From contig JBFWZG010000002.1 in the NCBI GenBank assembly GCA_050185515.1, forward strand, positions 1 to 55,907: 55,907 nt of DNA, given 5' to 3'. A program made the position numbers and the translations under genes. Under the pieces are notes generated by a model. It was not told the DNA's origin. It made no database searches and saw nothing but the letters and a program-made list of their open reading frames with translations. Of this stretch, positions 53,095-55,907 are shown piece after piece. The DNA comes from Reyranellaceae bacterium (GTDB lineage Bacteria > Pseudomonadota > Alphaproteobacteria > Reyranellales > JAQSWP01). Numbering within the stretch: position 1 is the first letter of the stretch; each line of letters starts with the position of its first letter.

Positions 53095-55029
53095 CTAGGC
53101 CCGCGCGCCTGCTTCCGCCTCTTCCTTGCCAAGCGCCGCCAGCGCCGTCGCAACGATGTGGTGGGCGTTGAGGCCGGCATCGTCGTATTGCGCCGCCGGC
53201 GAATTGTGCTCGATGAATCGGTCCGGCAGCACCATCGGGCGGATCTTCAGGCCGCTGTCGAGCAGGCCCGCCGTGGCGAGGAACTGCAGTACGTGGCTGG
53301 CGAAGCCGCCCACCGAGCCTTCCTCGATGGTGATCAGCACCTCGTGCTCGCGCGCCAGGCGGCGGATCAGCTCCTCGTCGAGCGGCTTGGCGAAGCGCGC
53401 ATCGGCCACCGTCGCCGGCAGGCCGCGCGCCGCCAGCTCCTCGGCCGCCTTCATCGCCTCGCCCAGCCGCGTGCCGAGGCTGAGAATGGCGATCTTGCCG
53501 CCCTCGCGCAGGATGCGGCCCTTGCCGATCTCCAGGGGCGCGCCCCGCGCCGGCAGTTCGATGCCGACGCCCTCGCCGCGCGGATAGCGCACCGCCGAGG
53601 GCCGGTCGTCGATCGCAGCAGCCGTCGCCACCATGTGCATCAGCTCCGCCTCGTCGGCGGCCGCCATGACCACGAAATCCGGCAGGCAGGCGAGATAGGC
53701 GATGTCGAAGGCGCCGGCATGGGTGGCGCCGTCGGCGCCGACCAGCCCAGCGCGGTCGATGGCGAAGCGCACGGGCAGTTTCTGGATGGCGACGTCGTGC
53801 ACCACCTGGTCGTAGCCGCGCTGCAGGAAGGTCGAGTAGATCGCCGCGAAAGGCTTGTAGCCCTCGGTGGCGAGGCCGGCGGCGAAGGTTACCGCATGCT
53901 GCTCGGCGATGCCGACGTCGAAGCTGCGCGCGGGAAAGCGTTCGGCGAACTTGTCCAGACCGGTGCCGCTCGGCATCGCCGCGGTGATGGCGACGATCTT
54001 CTGGTCGGCCTCGGCTTCCGCGATCAGCGCCTTGGCGAACACCGATGTGTAGCTCGGCGCATTCGCCGCCGCCTTTACCTGGGTGCCGGTGATGACGTCG
54101 AACTTGGCGACGCCGTGATATTTGTCCGCGCTCTGCTCGGCCGGGCCGTAGCCCTTGCCCTTCTGCGTCACGCAATGGATCAGCACCGGCCGGTCGAGCC
54201 TGGCGTCGCGCGCGTTCTTCAGCACCGGCAGCAGATGCTCGATCTTGTGGCCGTCGACCGGCCCGACATAGTAGAAGCCCAGCTCCTCGAACAGCGTGCC
54301 GCCGGTCACCAGGCCGCGGGCATATTCCTCCGCCCGCTTGGCCGCCTTCTCGAACGGCCGCGGAAAGGCGCGCGCCATGTGCTTGCCGATCTGGCGCAGC
54401 GACAGGTAGGGACGCGAGGAGATCAGCCGCGAGAGGTAGCCGCTCATGGCGCCGACCGGCGGGGCGATCGACATGTCGTTGTCGTTCAGCACCACGATCA
54501 GCCGGCTCTTGAGATGCCCGGCATTGTTCATCGCCTCGTAGGCCATGCCCGCACTCATGGCGCCATCGCCGATCACCGCCACGACGTTGCGCGTCGCCCC
54601 GGAAAGATCGCGCGCCACCGCCATGCCCAGCGCGGCCGAGATCGAGGTCGAGGAATGCGCCGCGCCGAAGGGATCGAATTTGCTCTCGCTGCGGCGGGTG
54701 AAGCCCGACAGCCCGCCGCCCTGACGCAGGGTGCGGATGCGGTCGCGCCGTCCGGTCAGGATCTTGTGCGGATAGGCCTGGTGGCCGACGTCCCAGATCA
54801 CCCGGTCTTCGGGCGTCTTGAACACGTAATGCAGGGCGACAGTGAGCTCGACCACACCCAGCCCGGCGCCGAGATGGCCGCCTGTCACCGATACCGCATC
54901 GATCGTCTCGCGGCGCAGCTCGTCCGCCACCTGCGGCAGCTTCGCCTCGTCGAGCCGACGCAGATCCTCCGGGCCCGACAGCGTGTCGAGCAGCGGCGTT
55001 CTGCTGTCGTTTTGCGGCTCTTTCCCCAC
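53095..55029 (-). CDS. dxs: 1-deoxy-D-xylulose-5-phosphate synthase
   Basis: [14 protein letters not shown] and the TPP-binding [15 protein letters not shown]. Full length is 644 aa. Confidence 0.95.
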   Translation of the reverse strand: MGKEPQNDSRTPLLDTLSGPEDLRRLDEAKLPQVADELRRETIDAVSVTGGHLGAGLGVVELTVALHYVFKTPEDRVIWDVGHQAYPHKILTGRRDRIRTLRQGGGLSGFTRRSESKFDPFGAAHSSTSISAALGMAVARDLSGATRNVVAVIGDGAMSAGMAYEAMNNAGHLKSRLIVVLNDNDMSIAPPVGAMSGYLSRLISSRPYLSLRQIGKHMARAFPRPFEKAAKRAEEYARGLVTGGTLFEELGFYYVGPVDGHKIEHLLPVLKNARDARLDRPVLIHCVTQKGKGYGPAEQSADKYHGVAKFDVITGTQVKAAANAPSYTSVFAKALIAEAEADQKIVAITAAMPSGTGLDKFAERFPARSFDVGIAEQHAVTFAAGLATEGYKPFAAIYSTFLQRGYDQVVHDVAIQKLPVRFAIDRAGLVGADGATHAGAFDIAYLACLPDFVVMAAADEAELMHMVATAAAIDDRPSAVRYPRGEGVGIELPARGAPLEIGKGRILREGGKIAILSLGTRLGEAMKAAEELAARGLPATVADARFAKPLDEELIRRLAREHEVLITIEEGSVGGFASHVLQFLATAGLLDSGLKIRPMVLPDRFIEHNSPAAQYDDAGLNAHHIVATALAALGKEEAEAGARA

Positions 55030-55124
55030 GCCCTGGCTCCCGTGGCTGACAAACCAAAAATCGTTCCCGACCGGGGCGCCTTCAAGGCCGCGCTTTGTCG
55101 CGGCCGAGGCGCCTCTGCGCCGTT

Positions 55125-55907
55125 CTAGCGGCGGCGACTGACCACGAAACGCGCGGCCTGGCGCAACAAATCCGCCTTTTCCTGAAATATTTCAAGGTGC
55201 TTTCCGGCCTGCTCGGCCAGCATGCCGGCCTGCGCCCGGGCCCGCTCCAGCCCCAGCACGTCGACGAATGTCGCCTTGCCGCGGGCCTTGTCCTTACCGA
55301 CGGCTTTTCCCGCCTCGGCTGCATCGCCCTGCGCGTCGATCAAATCGTCGACGATCTGGAAGGCGAGCCCGAGATCATGGGCATAGGCGTGCAAGGCATG
55401 CCGGCTCGGCTCCGCCGCCTTGCCTAGGACGGCGCCGGCCGTGCATGCGAAGGCGATCAGCTCGCCGGTCTTCATGCGCTGCATGCGGGTGATTTCGCCG
55501 ATGCCGAAGCTGCCGTCGGCCGCCGCCAGATCGAGCATCTGGCCGCCGACCATGCCCTGCGCGCCGATCGCCATGGCAAGGCCCTTCACAAGTTCGCAGC
55601 GCACCGCCGGATCGCCATGCGTGGCGCTGTCGGCCAGCGTCTCGAAGGCCAGCGACTGCAGCGCATCGCCGGCCAGGATCGCGGTCGCCTCGTCGAACTT
55701 GCGATGCACGGTAGGCTCGCCGCGGCGCAGATCGTCATCGTCCATCGCCGGCAGATCGTCGTGGATCAGCGAATAGGCGTGCACGAACTCGACCGCCGCC
55801 GCCACCCGCGCCGCCGCCGGTTCGGCGACGTTGAACAGCCTTGCCGAGGCCAGCACGAAAAACGGCCGCAGACGCTTGCCGCCCGACAGCGCCGCATAGC
55901 GCATCGC
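55125..55907 (-). CDS. ispA: farnesyl/geranyl diphosphate synthase (polyprenyl synthetase), N-terminus outside window
   Basis: First Asp-rich motif [16 protein letters not shown] and second motif FQIVDDLID. The ORF is open to the window end. Confidence 0.9.
   Translation of the reverse strand, partial: AMRYAALSGGKRLRPFFVLASARLFNVAEPAAARVAAAVEFVHAYSLIHDDLPAMDDDDLRRGEPTVHRKFDEATAILAGDALQSLAFETLADSATHGDPAVRCELVKGLAMAIGAQGMVGGQMLDLAAADGSFGIGEITRMQRMKTGELIAFACTAGAVLGKAAEPSRHALHAYAHDLGLAFQIVDDLIDAQGDAAEAGKAVGKDKARGKATFVDVLGLERARAQAGMLAEQAGKHLEIFQEKADLLRQAARFVVSRRR

Noticed and set aside
55030-55124. A possible missing xseB (exonuclease VII small subunit) between ispA and dxs.
   Set aside because: The spacer is only 95 nt and has no ORF, so xseB, if present, must lie upstream of ispA outside the window. 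This is not an anomaly.

Overview
High-GC (roughly 65-70% by eye) chromosomal segment. It looks alphaproteobacterial: hemA encodes a C4-pathway 5-aminolevulinate synthase, and the window holds a pdxH / cbpAM / fabI-aroC / dxs-ispA neighbourhood and Rhizobiales-style REP-like repeats. The order-level guess (Hyphomicrobiales/Rhizobiales-like) is inference only. I call about 57 protein genes, tightly packed, many with ATGA/TGATG overlaps. No rRNA, tRNA, CRISPR array, transposase or integrase was seen. Content is mostly core metabolism (pyrE, hemA, pdxH, fabI, aroC, dxs, ispA, tlyA, sppA) and transport: one Liv-type ABC system, one complete and one ATPase-less peptide-type ABC system, two MFS transporters, and MATE, CDF and TauE transporters. 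All product calls come from reading motifs in the supplied translations; no database search was run. CDS ends include the stop codon, and many starts were moved downstream of the ORF-track start. The most interesting signals are: (1) a clear TPP (THI-box) riboswitch at 8168-8250 whose 3' strand sequesters the SD of a LivJ-HM::G-F-type ABC importer, a transporter family not among the characterised thiamine or precursor importers I know of; (2) an ECF sigma / non-ZAS anti-sigma / LTXXQ (Spy-CpxP-like) / DUF1800 / Tat-DUF1501 five-gene operon of unknown function; (3) two near-perfect FNR/FixK boxes, upstream of a tandem USP gene and of hemA; (4) an (AG)17 microsatellite, REP-like nested inverted repeats and a 24-bp perfect palindrome in intergenic DNA. 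The many long Arg/Ala/Gly/Pro-rich ORFs antisense to or out of frame with these genes are treated as GC-driven shadow ORFs.
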